From the NCBI GenBank assembly GCA_017656145.1, contig JACDOI010000003.1:35974-99973 (forward strand): a stretch of 64,000 bases of DNA. Direction: 5' to 3'. This DNA comes from Bacillota bacterium. Its GTDB lineage: Bacteria > Bacillota > Limnochordia > Limnochordales > ZCTH02-B6. The notes under the pieces are model-generated. The model was given only the letters and a program-made list of their open reading frames with translations. It searched no databases and was not told the DNA's origin. The position numbers and the translations under genes are program-made. Shown here in pieces: positions 8,635 through 18,547 of this stretch (the first letter of the stretch is position 1; each line of letters begins with the position of its first letter).

Positions 8635-10911
8635 GTGTCTGCCGGCACAGCAAGTGCACCTCGGACCGACCGGTCCGGTGAGAAGGTATCGTTGGCCATT
8701 CGCGGCATGACGTGCGCGGCCTGCGCAACCCGAGTCGAGCGGGGGTTATCCAAACTCCCCGGCGTGCTCGCGGCCAATGTCAACCTGGCCACGGAGCAGG
8801 CGTCGGTGACGTTCGATCCTACCCAAGTGACCCCGGAGGACATGGCCCGCAAAGTCAACGCCCTGGGGTATGAGGCGTTCATTCCCGCCGGGGACGAAGC
8901 GGCGGATGCGGTGGTACAGGCTGCCCGGGAACGGGAAATCGGCCGGCAAAAGCGGTTGTTCGGCGTAGCCGCCGGGCTCTCTCTGCCGTTGCTATTGGCC
9001 ATGTTGGGGCACGTCGTTCATGTCGACAACGCGGTCGTCCGCATGTTCTCCAACGGCTGGGTGCAGCTCGCACTCGCAACACCGGTGCAATTTTACGCCG
9101 GCTGGCCGTTTTACGTGGACGCCTATCACAACTTGAGAAGCCGCTCCGCCAACATGTCGGTCCTGGTCGTCCTGGGCACGTCCGCCGCGTATCTCTACAG
9201 CCTGGCGGCGCTGTTGTGGCCGGAGCTGGGAATCCCCGGCCTGTACTTTGAAACCAGCGCGGTGCTCATCACCTTGATTCTCCTTGGCAAACTCCTTGAG
9301 GCATTGGCCAAGGGACGCACGTCAGAGGCCATCCGGAAGCTGATGGAGCTAAAGCCCAAGACGGCCCGGGTCATCCGGGATGGCGCGGAAGTCGACATCC
9401 CCGTCGAAGAAGTGCGGGTGGGCGATTTGGTCGTCGTCCGGCCGGGTGAGAAGATCCCCGTGGACGGTATCGTGCGTGAAGGCTACTCGACGGTAGATGA
9501 ATCAATGCTCACCGGCGAAAGCCTTCCCGTCGACAAACGTCCCGGCGATGCGGTGGCGGGCGCGACCATCAACCGTCACGGCACCTTCCGCTTTGAGGCG
9601 ACCCGGGTCGGCAAAGACACGGTTCTCGCCCAGATCATCCGGGCCGTCGAAGAAGCCCAGGGCAACAAGGCGCCCATCCAGCGGCTCGCAGACCGGGTTT
9701 CGGCCTACTTCGTCCCGGCGGTGGTGACCGTGGCGCTGGTCACGTTTGCCGGGTGGTACGTCGTGACGGGCGACATCACCCGGGCACTGCTCAACATGAC
9801 GGCCGTGCTCGTCATCGCCTGCCCGTGTGCGCTGGGCCTGGCGACCCCCACCGCGATTATGGTCGGCACCGGGCGGGGAGCCGAACACGGAATTCTCTTT
9901 AAGGGCGGCGAGCATCTTGAGAAAGCCCACAAGATCGATGCCGTCGTTCTCGACAAAACGGGCACCATCACCAAAGGCCAACCGGAGCTGACCGACTGTA
10001 TCGCCCTCGGCGGCCGGGACGAAGCGACGCTTTTGGCCATCGCCGCCGCAGCCGAGCAAACTTCAGAGCACCCGCTCGCCCAGGCCATCGTGGAGGCCGC
10101 CCGCGCCCGAGGGCTTTCAGTACCGGAGGCCAGTCGATTTGAAGCCGTCCCTGGCTATGGCGTTCGGGCGGAGGTCAATGGCCAGACCGTCTTGATCGGC
10201 AACCGCCGGCTCATGCGGGAGTCGGGAATCGATCCCGCGCCGTTCGAAGAGGAGCTGTTGCGCCTTGAGGCGGACGGCAAAACCGCCGTCCTCGTGGCGG
10301 CCGGCGGCCAGCCGGCCGGCATCGTGGCCGTGGCCGACACGGTCAAGGAAGGGGCGGCCGAGGCCGTGGCGGCCCTTCGCCGGATGGGCCTGCGGGTCGT
10401 GATGATCACGGGCGACAACCGCCGCACCGCTCGGGCCATCGCCCGGCAGGTGAACATTGACGAGCAAGACGTCTTAGCTGAAGTGCTCCCCGAGGACAAG
10501 GCCGCCCAAGTGCAGCGCCTCAAGTCGCAGGGCCTGCGGATCGCGATGGTCGGCGACGGGATCAACGACGCCCCGGCGCTGGCGGCAGCCGACGTCGGCA
10601 TCGCCATCGGAACGGGGACCGACGTGGCCATCGAGACCGCGGACATCACCCTTATGAGGGGCGACTTGCAGGGCATTGCCGCGGCCATCCGCCTCAGCCG
10701 GGCCACCATGGGCAAGATCCGGCAAAACCTGTTCTGGGCGCTAGTGTACAATACACTCGGCATTCCGCTGGCTGCCCTCGGCTTTTTGAGCCCGATCCTG
10801 GCCGGCGCCGCCATGGCCCTCAGTTCGGTTTCGGTGGTGACCAACTCGACGCTTTTGAAGCGGTACAACCCCTTGGACAGGAGGGAACAGGCATGGACAC
10901 CAAGGTATTGA
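8635..10911 (+). CDS. copA: Copper-translocating P1B-type ATPase
   Basis: 758 aa with one N-terminal HMA domain ([12 protein letters not shown]), the CPC motif ([10 protein letters not shown]), DKTGTIT, and the GDGINDAP hinge. Confidence 0.95.
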   Translation: MSAGTASAPRTDRSGEKVSLAIRGMTCAACATRVERGLSKLPGVLAANVNLATEQASVTFDPTQVTPEDMARKVNALGYEAFIPAGDEAADAVVQAAREREIGRQKRLFGVAAGLSLPLLLAMLGHVVHVDNAVVRMFSNGWVQLALATPVQFYAGWPFYVDAYHNLRSRSANMSVLVVLGTSAAYLYSLAALLWPELGIPGLYFETSAVLITLILLGKLLEALAKGRTSEAIRKLMELKPKTARVIRDGAEVDIPVEEVRVGDLVVVRPGEKIPVDGIVREGYSTVDESMLTGESLPVDKRPGDAVAGATINRHGTFRFEATRVGKDTVLAQIIRAVEEAQGNKAPIQRLADRVSAYFVPAVVTVALVTFAGWYVVTGDITRALLNMTAVLVIACPCALGLATPTAIMVGTGRGAEHGILFKGGEHLEKAHKIDAVVLDKTGTITKGQPELTDCIALGGRDEATLLAIAAAAEQTSEHPLAQAIVEAARARGLSVPEASRFEAVPGYGVRAEVNGQTVLIGNRRLMRESGIDPAPFEEELLRLEADGKTAVLVAAGGQPAGIVAVADTVKEGAAEAVAALRRMGLRVVMITGDNRRTARAIARQVNIDEQDVLAEVLPEDKAAQVQRLKSQGLRIAMVGDGINDAPALAAADVGIAIGTGTDVAIETADITLMRGDLQGIAAAIRLSRATMGKIRQNLFWALVYNTLGIPLAALGFLSPILAGAAMALSSVSVVTNSTLLKRYNPLDRREQAWTPRY

Positions 10912-11105
10912 CCATCGCCGGGATGAGCTGCGAGCATTGCAAGAAGGCGGTTGCCGACGCGCTGAAAGGCGTGGCCGGCGTCGAGTCCGTTGAGGTGGAC
11001 CTGGCCGGCGGGAAGGCCACCGTCCGCTACGATCCGACCCGTGCCTCGGAGGCGGCCATGCGGGAAGCTGTGGAGGAGGCCGGCTACGAAGTCGTCGGCG
11101 CGTAA
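10893..11105 (+). CDS. copZ: Copper chaperone (HMA domain)
   Basis: 70 aa with the GMSCEHC metal-binding motif. It overlaps the copA 3' end by 19 nt. Confidence 0.9.
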   Translation: MDTKVLTIAGMSCEHCKKAVADALKGVAGVESVEVDLAGGKATVRYDPTRASEAAMREAVEEAGYEVVGA

Positions 11106-11196
11106 GCGGCTCGCGTGGAACGGACGGCCGGACCGGGCGCCGGCGGTTGACACGCGGCTCCGCGGCGCCCCGGCCGGGCGGTCCCTTCCCGCCGGT

Positions 11197-11841
11197 TCAC
11201 ACCCCCAGCAGTTCCCACGCCTCCTGAAGGGTCTGGCGCAACATCGCGATATGGGTGCGCATCGCCTCTTCGGCCTTGCGCCCGTCCCGGACCCGCAGGC
11301 TCTCATAGATCGCTCCATGCTCGGCCAGGGACTGCTCCGCTCGCCCGGGGATGAGCGCCGTGCGAAACTGATAGCGCACAACCCGGGCGCGCAGCGATGC
11401 GATCAACTCCGGTATCTTACGGCTGCCGCACGCGTCGTAGATGACTTTGTGGAATTGAACGTTGGTTTCGGTATAGCAGTCGTAGTCGCGGTTGTCGAGC
11501 GCTGCACGCATCTGCGCGATCAGCTCCGCGAGGCGGTCGAGCGCCTCATCGCTAATCCGGTCCGCGGCTAGGCGGGCGGCCGCCCCTTCCAGCACTTCCC
11601 GGGCCAGAAGGATGTCGATGGCCTCCTCCAGGGTCAGCCGGGCGACGATGGCCCCGCGGTTAGGTTCGATGGTCACAAGGCCCGTCGCGTCCAGCCGCTC
11701 CAGGGCCAGGCGCACGATATGTCGTCCGACCCCGTACTCCTGGGCCAGCTGCGCTTCTACCAAATGTTGGGAGGGCGCATACTTTCCCGCCAGAATCCCC
11801 TCCCGAATCTTGTTGTATACGGAATCGATCCGGTTTCTCAA
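11197..11841 (-). CDS. GntR-family (FadR/FCD-type) transcriptional regulator
   Basis: wHTH SVYNKIREGILAGKYAPSQHLVEAQLAQEYGVGRHIVRLALERLDATGLVTIEPNRGA plus an FCD-like C-terminal domain. TTG start at 11841 preceded by GGGAGG. The 514-aa track ORF is an upstream out-of-gene extension that overlaps the permease. Confidence 0.85.
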   Translation of the reverse strand: MRNRIDSVYNKIREGILAGKYAPSQHLVEAQLAQEYGVGRHIVRLALERLDATGLVTIEPNRGAIVARLTLEEAIDILLAREVLEGAAARLAADRISDEALDRLAELIAQMRAALDNRDYDCYTETNVQFHKVIYDACGSRKIPELIASLRARVVRYQFRTALIPGRAEQSLAEHGAIYESLRVRDGRKAEEAMRTHIAMLRQTLQEAWELLGV

Positions 11842-11879
11842 CGGCCAACCTCCCAGGGGCCCCGGTGGGACCTCCCATG

Positions 11880-13760
11880 CTAAAACGATGACGGTGCGAT
11901 GTGTTGAACGGGCTGCTTGCGGTCGCGACGCCGCTGATACCACACAAGACCAAACAGGGCCAAGCCCAACAAGTCCGTGGTGATTCCTTGCCGGATCAGC
12001 ATCAACGCGGCGATGGCCGCGGCAAGCCGGGCCCACCACGGGAGCGGTCCGTGCAAATAGTTCATGATGGCCACCGCCAGGAAGCACACTCCCAGTGCGG
12101 CCGAAACACCGCTCAACACAACGGTGATCCAGGGGCCCTGCAGCAACAGCGCCGGGTTGCGGGCGAAGAAAAAGGGCACAATAAAGGCCGGCAAGGCTAT
12201 CTTCAGCGCCATCCACCCCGTCCGGTCCGGCGAGCTCCCGGCGATGGAAGCCGCGGCGTAGGACGCCAAGGCGACAGGGGGCGTGATGGCCGCCAGCACG
12301 CCAAAATAGAAGATGAAGAAATGAGCCGCGATGGGCTCGATCCCCATGCGCACCAGGGCCGGCACCACAAGAGACACCAGAAGCACGTACACGACCGTCG
12401 TCGGCATGCCCATGCCCAGAATGATGGAGGTAACCATGGACAGCAACAGCAGCACCATACTCGAACCCATCGACAGGTCCACCAGGATGCTGGCCAGGCG
12501 CGCCCCCAGCCCCGTGAGCTGCATGACGCCCACGACGATCCCGGCTCCCGCGGCCACCACGCACAACGTGGCCGCGCTGGCGCCGGCCTGTTCCAGGGCG
12601 CCCAAAACCTCCCGGAGGCGAACCCGCCGCACCAAAAGCAGCACGACAGCCATGCCCAGACCTAACAAGGCCGACAGCGTCGGGGTATAGCCGGCAACCA
12701 GCAACACGTAGATGACCGCGATGGGCAACAGGTACATCCATCCCTCCCGCAGCACCTTGGGCAGCGGTTCCAGCTCGCTGCGCGCGACACCTCGCAGCCC
12801 GTGCGCGCGGGCATACAGGTCGACGGCCACCCCCGTTGCCAGAAAGTAGAGCACCGCCGGCATCGTGGCCGCCAGTGCAATGCGCCCGTAAGGAAGGCCC
12901 AGGTAGTCGGCGATTAGAAAGGCCGCCGCGCCCATGATCGGGGGCATGATCTGGCCTCCCGTCGAGGCGACCGACTCGATCGCCCCCGCCACGTGGGCCG
13001 GATATCCGCCGCGCTTCATCGCAGGAATGGTCACAGACCCGGTCGTGGCCACATTTCCCGCGGCACTGCCGGAAACGCTGCCCACCAGGGCGCTGGCGAT
13101 GGTGGCCACCTTGCCCAGCCCGCCGGTGTAGCGGCCGGCCACGGCCCGAGCGAACCGCACCAGCGCGTCGGATGCGCCCACCGCTTGCAACAGCGTACCG
13201 AAGAGAATGAAGATGATCACGTACCGGATCATGATCTTCAGGGGGGTTCCATAAATTCCTGCGTAGCTGAGCAACAGGTGGCTGGCGGTGCGCTCGATGG
13301 AATAGCCCCGGTGCATGAGCAGTTCAGGCATTTGCCTGCCGTAAAGGGCGTACGCGATGAACACCAAACAGACCAATGTCAACGGCCAGCCCACGCCGCG
13401 CCTCACGGCCTCAATAACCAACACCAGTGCGACGAGGGACACCCGGACGTCTGCCGCGGTGAAGGCCCCCTGGCGCCCGATAATCTCCTGATAATGGGCG
13501 GCCACATAGTAGCCCGTGACCGCTGCGGCCAGAACCAGGACGAGATCCGCGAGGCCCGCCGCGAGGGCGGCGGGCTTCCCCTCCCTCCGGAAGAGAGGCG
13601 TGCGGGCGAACAGTCCCATCAGCGAGAGTGCCAGTACGATGGGCAGCTGCTGCTCGATGGGCATCAAGTACAACGGCTGGACGATCACGACCAAGAGCAC
13701 CGCCGAGGCCCAGCAGACGACGCTGAGACCCCGGCGGATACCCGCCAGCACGCTCACCAT
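11880..13760 (-). CDS. TRAP transporter fused permease (TAXI-type 4TM/12TM fusion)
   Basis: 626-aa highly hydrophobic ORF directly downstream of a TAXI solute-binding gene, which it overlaps by 7 nt. Its size and architecture fit fused DctQM-like TAXI permeases. Confidence 0.85.
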   Translation of the reverse strand: MVSVLAGIRRGLSVVCWASAVLLVVIVQPLYLMPIEQQLPIVLALSLMGLFARTPLFRREGKPAALAAGLADLVLVLAAAVTGYYVAAHYQEIIGRQGAFTAADVRVSLVALVLVIEAVRRGVGWPLTLVCLVFIAYALYGRQMPELLMHRGYSIERTASHLLLSYAGIYGTPLKIMIRYVIIFILFGTLLQAVGASDALVRFARAVAGRYTGGLGKVATIASALVGSVSGSAAGNVATTGSVTIPAMKRGGYPAHVAGAIESVASTGGQIMPPIMGAAAFLIADYLGLPYGRIALAATMPAVLYFLATGVAVDLYARAHGLRGVARSELEPLPKVLREGWMYLLPIAVIYVLLVAGYTPTLSALLGLGMAVVLLLVRRVRLREVLGALEQAGASAATLCVVAAGAGIVVGVMQLTGLGARLASILVDLSMGSSMVLLLLSMVTSIILGMGMPTTVVYVLLVSLVVPALVRMGIEPIAAHFFIFYFGVLAAITPPVALASYAAASIAGSSPDRTGWMALKIALPAFIVPFFFARNPALLLQGPWITVVLSGVSAALGVCFLAVAIMNYLHGPLPWWARLAAAIAALMLIRQGITTDLLGLALFGLVWYQRRRDRKQPVQHIAPSSF

Positions 13761-14722
13761 TCACCAACCTCGTTCGCGTAGCGGATCGCGCCCGGGTGCA
13801 TGGGCAGCTCGATGGCCTCAGCTTCCGCCTGCGAGAGCACTGCAGCCTGATCGCCCGACGGGTGCGCCGCCTTTAGAGCGGGTATGTTGGCAAACACCTG
13901 CTTCATCATCTCATACACCAAATCCTCAGGGAGATCCGGCCGCAAGTAAATGATGGAGCGGACAATGACCGCATCCCCGTCCTCCTCCAGGTCGTACATC
14001 TCCGCCGGGATCGTCCCGGTAGCATACGGATAGCTGGAGACGGCGCGGAAGCGGTCCCCGTCGAAGGACAGCAGGGTGATCGGATTGCGCAGGGCCAGCG
14101 ATTCGATGGCCGGGAAAGGCTGGCCGCCCACCATGAATGCCGCGTCTATCAGGCCGTCGTTCAGCGCGTCCGCCGACTCCTGCCAACCCAGGTAGACAAC
14201 GTTGTACTCGTCGGGGGTGAGGCCGTGCGCCTCCAGTATCAGCTGTCCCAGCACGTTGGCCGACGAACCGGGGCTTCCCAGGGAGATGCGCCGGCCGCGC
14301 AAGTCTTCCACCGACCGCAACCCGCTGTCCCGAAGAGCTACAAAAACACCCATGCTCTGATTCATCACCCAGCCGCCCACCAGATCGATGGAGCGGTTAA
14401 AGGGGGCATGTCCCTTCAAAGCGTCGTACGCGATGTTTTCGTTGGCAATGCCCACTTCAATTTCGCCACCGGCCAGCAGGTTGAGATTGGCCACCCCGCC
14501 GCCGGTTTCCCGCGCGCTGAACCGCACCCGGGGGATGGACCGGTTCCAGATGTCCGCCATGGCGACGCCTATGGGATAGTACGCACCCGCTGGAGAAGCC
14601 GTCCCGATGGTGACAAAGGGAAATGAATAGGCGAAAACCGCAGGTGTCGCGGCGGCGAGCAGCAGTGCCACTCCCAGCGCAAGTACGCCCAACCTGAGTG
14701 AAATCGTTTTCCGCAAGGCCAA
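13754..14722 (-). CDS. TAXI-family TRAP transporter solute-binding protein
   Basis: 322 aa with a signal peptide (LGVLALGVALLLAAATPAVFA). The motifs TASPAGAYYPIGVAMADIWN and RETGGGVANLNLL are typical of the TAXI/NMT1-like immunogenic-protein family. Confidence 0.85.
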   Translation of the reverse strand: MALRKTISLRLGVLALGVALLLAAATPAVFAYSFPFVTIGTASPAGAYYPIGVAMADIWNRSIPRVRFSARETGGGVANLNLLAGGEIEVGIANENIAYDALKGHAPFNRSIDLVGGWVMNQSMGVFVALRDSGLRSVEDLRGRRISLGSPGSSANVLGQLILEAHGLTPDEYNVVYLGWQESADALNDGLIDAAFMVGGQPFPAIESLALRNPITLLSFDGDRFRAVSSYPYATGTIPAEMYDLEEDGDAVIVRSIIYLRPDLPEDLVYEMMKQVFANIPALKAAHPSGDQAAVLSQAEAEAIELPMHPGAIRYANEVGEW

Positions 14723-14928
14723 GCCCGCCCCCTTATGAAGCTTATCTGGCTGAACGGTACCACGGGTAACGATATCTTGTCAACAATTTCGTTCGAGTTC
14801 ACTTCGTCTTTTTCCTTGACCATATTGTTTCCACATGCTACATTTGGTCTGGTGAAACGCCCGTTCATCTTCGGCCTCTACCCCGCTTGCAAAACGCCGC
14901 CGAACACATGCGAAAGGAGCTGCTACCG

Positions 14929-15861
14929 ATGTCCTTACCGCAATCCCCCGCGCCTCAACCCTCGAAGCGGGCCCGGGAATTGGTGCGGGGCGCGTACGAT
15001 CTGCACGTCCATAGCGGACCGGACGTTTTGAGGCGTCGCATACACGATCTCGACCTAGCCCGCCGCTGCAAAGAGGTCGGCTTGCGCGGATACGTCATCA
15101 AGTCCCATTACACAGCCACTGCGGGGCGGGCCTTTCTGGCCAGCGCGGCCGTGGACGGCGTGCGGGTTCTCGGTTCGGTGGTCCTCAACGCCCTGCTTGG
15201 CGGGATGAATCCGATGACCATCGAGATCGCCGCCCGGGAAGGCGCTCGCCTGGTATGGATGCCCACCGTAGACTCGGTCAACGAGCGCCGCCTGCGGGGT
15301 GGCAACCCGCAAAAGCCCCCTTTCTGGGCCAAGTTGCAGGATGAACTCCGGGATCTGGGAGTTGAATCGCCGCCTGTACACGTGGTGGACGAAACGGGTT
15401 CAGTCCTACCCGAGACCCGGCAAGTGCTGCGCCGCATCGCCCACCACAATCTCGTCCTGGCAACGGGGCATCTGAGCAGGGACGAGATCTTTGCCGTCGT
15501 CGACGCAAGCATCGAGGAAGGCGTCAAGCATATCATCATCACTCACCCGGACTTCCCAACCCAAAACCTATCGGTCGACGATCAAAAGGCTCTCGCAGAG
15601 CGCGGGGCTTATCTTGAACGGTGCTTCACCACGGCATACACCGGCAAGGTCTCATGGGAGCGAATGTTCGCCAACATCCGGGCCACCGGCGTGGAAGCCA
15701 ACGTGTTGAGCACAGATCTCGGCCAGCCCACCAACCCGCCGGTCGAGGACGGCCTTGCGCTGATGGCCGACAAGCTCCTGGAGGCGGGCTTCTCGGAGGA
15801 AGAAGTGCGCGTCATGGCTGTTCAGAACACCGTCAGGCTGGCGGAGGGAACGGAACGGTGA
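14929..15861 (+). CDS. DUF6282-family amidohydrolase-like (TIM-barrel metal hydrolase) protein
   Basis: YDLHVHSGPDV (an H-x-H metal motif at the N-terminus) and ITHPDFP. The ATG at 14929 is preceded by GAAAGGAG, and the track start at 14887 is less likely. Confidence 0.7.
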   Translation: MSLPQSPAPQPSKRARELVRGAYDLHVHSGPDVLRRRIHDLDLARRCKEVGLRGYVIKSHYTATAGRAFLASAAVDGVRVLGSVVLNALLGGMNPMTIEIAAREGARLVWMPTVDSVNERRLRGGNPQKPPFWAKLQDELRDLGVESPPVHVVDETGSVLPETRQVLRRIAHHNLVLATGHLSRDEIFAVVDASIEEGVKHIIITHPDFPTQNLSVDDQKALAERGAYLERCFTTAYTGKVSWERMFANIRATGVEANVLSTDLGQPTNPPVEDGLALMADKLLEAGFSEEEVRVMAVQNTVRLAEGTER

Positions 15862-16577
15862 GCGAAGCCAAGAGCATTCTCGTCGTCGGCGCTCATGCGG
15901 CGGATTTTGTCTGGCGGGCGGCTGGCGCGGTGGCAGTAGCCACGGCCCGCGGCGCCCGTGCGACGGTCCTCTGCCTCTCGTACGGGGAGCGGGGCGAATC
16001 GGGAGAGCTGTGGAAAGAACCGAACCAAACCGTGGAAAACGTCAAGCGCATCCGTCACCAGCAGGGTGAGCAGGCGGCCGCCGCCATCGGTGCCGAATTC
16101 CGCTGTCTGGACCTGGGTGACTACCCTCTCGAGATCGGCCGAGAAGCACTCGAGCAGCTTACCGATATCGTCCGCGAGCTGGAACCCGACGTGATCCTTA
16201 CGCACACCGAGAAGGATCCGTTTAATCCGGACCATCCTGTGGCCCACTCTGCGGTCTTGAAGGCGCGCCAGCTCGCGTCTGGCGCCGGCGTCGCGAGCGG
16301 CTTCAAGACCATCAAGCCGCCAAGGCTCTATCTTTTTGAACCCCACCAGCCTGAGCTGTGTGGCTTTGTGCCCACCACCTTCGTGGACATCACCCCGGTA
16401 TTTGAGCGCAAGCAGGCCGCCATGGCGGCCATGGCTGCCCAGAAATACCTTCAGCGCTACTACACGGAACTGGCCGAACGGCGGGGCAACCACGCCCGGC
16501 GCATCTCGGGCAACAGTGAGGTCCGGTATGCGGAAGCTTTCCAGCGGGTCGTGCCCGAAGTGCTCAGCCACCTGTAA
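15858..16577 (+). CDS. PIG-L/LmbE-family protein, GalB-like (putative 4-oxalomesaconate hydratase type)
   Basis: GTG at 15858 forms a GTGA overlap with the upstream stop. ILVVGAHAADFVWRAAGAVA and FNPDHPVAH match the PIG-L Zn-site pattern. From memory, the AH-x-x-DFVWR variant is the one seen in GalB-type hydratases. Confidence 0.65.
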   Translation: MSEAKSILVVGAHAADFVWRAAGAVAVATARGARATVLCLSYGERGESGELWKEPNQTVENVKRIRHQQGEQAAAAIGAEFRCLDLGDYPLEIGREALEQLTDIVRELEPDVILTHTEKDPFNPDHPVAHSAVLKARQLASGAGVASGFKTIKPPRLYLFEPHQPELCGFVPTTFVDITPVFERKQAAMAAMAAQKYLQRYYTELAERRGNHARRISGNSEVRYAEAFQRVVPEVLSHL

Positions 16578-16628
16578 CGACCTTGTCCGGATGAGGCAGC
16601 GTACTACAGCTCTTCGTAAAAGAGGTGC

Positions 16629-17291
16629 ATGGCGATGACCGACAAGCTGATCAACGAGGCGGACATCTACGCCCGGTTCGCAGAATACGGCGTGGCCACG
16701 GTCTACGAGGCATCAGGACGACAGGGACTGGTGAACATCCCCCTCATCCCCGTCATCCCCGGCCGAACAGTGGCCGGTCCGGCCCTGACGGTCCTTTGCG
16801 GGCAAGGCGACAACCTGATGGTCCACGCCGCCATGGCCCACGTAAAGCCCGGCGACATCATCGTCATGACGATGCCGGAGCCCGCACCCGTGGCCCTCAT
16901 CGGCGAGCTGCTCGTGACCCAAGCCAAGGTGCGGGGAGCGGCCGGCATTCTCGTTGACGCGGCCGTGCGGGACGTGGACGTGCTGCGCAAGATGGGCCTT
17001 CCCATCTGGACCCGCTACGTGAGGGTGCTGGGTGCGACCAAGACCAAGCTGGGCGCGATCAATGAACCCGTGACGGTCGGAGGAACGTCCATCTCACCTG
17101 GGGACATCGTCATCATGGACGACGACGGGGCGGTCGTCGTGGCCGCGGCCCGGGTCACCGAAGTGCTGTCCGCATCGCAGGCCCGGGTCGACCGGGAAGC
17201 GAAGCTCCGGGCGAAACTCGAGCAGGGCGCGCTGTCTTACGATCTACACGGCCTGCGGGCTTTGGTCGAGGGGAAACAAGCATCCGGCTAA
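16629..17291 (+). CDS. RraA-family aldolase (4-carboxy-4-hydroxy-2-oxoadipate / HMG aldolase, oxaloacetate decarboxylase type)
   Basis: 220 aa. The motif IGELLVTQAKVRGAAGILVDAAVRDVD and the size fit the LigK/GalC class rather than short RraA proteins. Confidence 0.75.
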   Translation: MAMTDKLINEADIYARFAEYGVATVYEASGRQGLVNIPLIPVIPGRTVAGPALTVLCGQGDNLMVHAAMAHVKPGDIIVMTMPEPAPVALIGELLVTQAKVRGAAGILVDAAVRDVDVLRKMGLPIWTRYVRVLGATKTKLGAINEPVTVGGTSISPGDIVIMDDDGAVVVAAARVTEVLSASQARVDREAKLRAKLEQGALSYDLHGLRALVEGKQASG

Positions 17292-17371
17292 GAGCCGGAT
17301 GCGGAGCCCGCGCCGGCGATGGGCACGGCGGTCACGGACTGGTTATCCATTGAATTTTCGGAGCTAGACGC

Positions 17372-18373
17372 TCATGGGCGGGTTCCTCCCGCGACCGCGG
17401 TGAGAAGGAATCCGCTGAAGGCGGCGACCACCAGCGACGCCGCAAGACCGATAAAAAGCGGCCGCGCTCCCAGACGGCGCAGTTTAGAAAGATCGGTAGA
17501 TAAGCCGACGGCCGCCAGGACGACGACAACCAGGAACTTGGCCGCCGTTCCCAAAAACGCCGCAGCGCCGGCGCTGATTACGCCCACGCTGCTCAAAAAG
17601 CTCATCGCAAGAAACCCGAGGATAAACGTGGGAAACGCCTTGACGGTCGCCCGCACGCCGCGATGAGATTCCGTGCGGCTCCGAGTGGACATTACGGTAA
17701 AGAGGGCAACGAGCGGAATCAGGAACAAAGTGCGCGTCAACTTGACCACTGTCGCGACGGCTCCCGCGCCGTCGCCGTACCCGAAGGCGGCCGCCAGCAC
17801 CGAACTCGTGTCGTGAATGGATGCCCCAGCCCACGCTCCAAACGCCGCTTGGTCCATCCCGACAGCCTGGCCAATGACCGGGTAAAGGACCATCGCCGTC
17901 ACGTTGAACAGGAACACGGTGCTGATCGCGTAGGCGATCTCCTCGTCTTTCGCCCGCACCACCGGTCCAACGGTTAGGATGGCCGTTGCTCCGCAGATGG
18001 CCGTCCCGACGCCGATGAGGCGGGCCAGGTCCCGCGGCACGCCAAGGAACCGCCCGGCCAAGAACGCGACCCCGAGCGTGATCGCGATGGTCGAAAGGAT
18101 GACGATAAGATACGCCCCCCCGACCGCCGCGACTTCCTGCAACGTAAAGGTAGCCCCAACAAGGACAACCGCGAACTTTAGCAACCGCTTGCTGCAAAAC
18201 CCGGTGACGGTCTCCATTCCTGCACCGACGGCAAACACGTTTCGCAGGATAAGACCGAGGATCATCCCGCTGATCGCGGGTCCCAGCACGGGCACGATCC
18301 GCCCCAGCATCTGCGCCGCCACAGTGACCAAAGCCACCGTAACAATACCCACCCACGTTGACAATAGAGGCAC
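17372..18373 (-). CDS. YeiH/UPF0324-family membrane protein (putative sulfate exporter family)
   Basis: 333-aa polytopic membrane ORF. The N-terminus (VALVTVAAQMLGRIVPVLGPAISGMILGLILRN) and overall pattern fit the YeiH family. GTG start. Confidence 0.7.
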   Translation of the reverse strand: MPLLSTWVGIVTVALVTVAAQMLGRIVPVLGPAISGMILGLILRNVFAVGAGMETVTGFCSKRLLKFAVVLVGATFTLQEVAAVGGAYLIVILSTIAITLGVAFLAGRFLGVPRDLARLIGVGTAICGATAILTVGPVVRAKDEEIAYAISTVFLFNVTAMVLYPVIGQAVGMDQAAFGAWAGASIHDTSSVLAAAFGYGDGAGAVATVVKLTRTLFLIPLVALFTVMSTRSRTESHRGVRATVKAFPTFILGFLAMSFLSSVGVISAGAAAFLGTAAKFLVVVVLAAVGLSTDLSKLRRLGARPLFIGLAASLVVAAFSGFLLTAVAGGTRP

Positions 18374-18547
18374 CCCTACTGCTCAACCGACCCGCTAACC
18401 GCGGCGGGCGTTGGCCCGTTTTCACCGGCTACCCGTCGATTAACCGGCTTTCAAGCATTCTTCGTGTTCCAGGCGCCACCTCCTCTGTGGCGTCCTCCGG
18501 GAGCAGCGACCCCGGCGAGGAGTGGCACCGGTGGTGGTTATGGGGGG

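Noticed and set aside
11842-12741. N-terminal 300 aa of the 514-aa track ORF containing the GntR regulator
   Set aside because: The recognisable GntR protein begins at the TTG at 11841, which has a good SD. The upstream part overlaps the TRAP permease gene in another frame and is compositionally aberrant.
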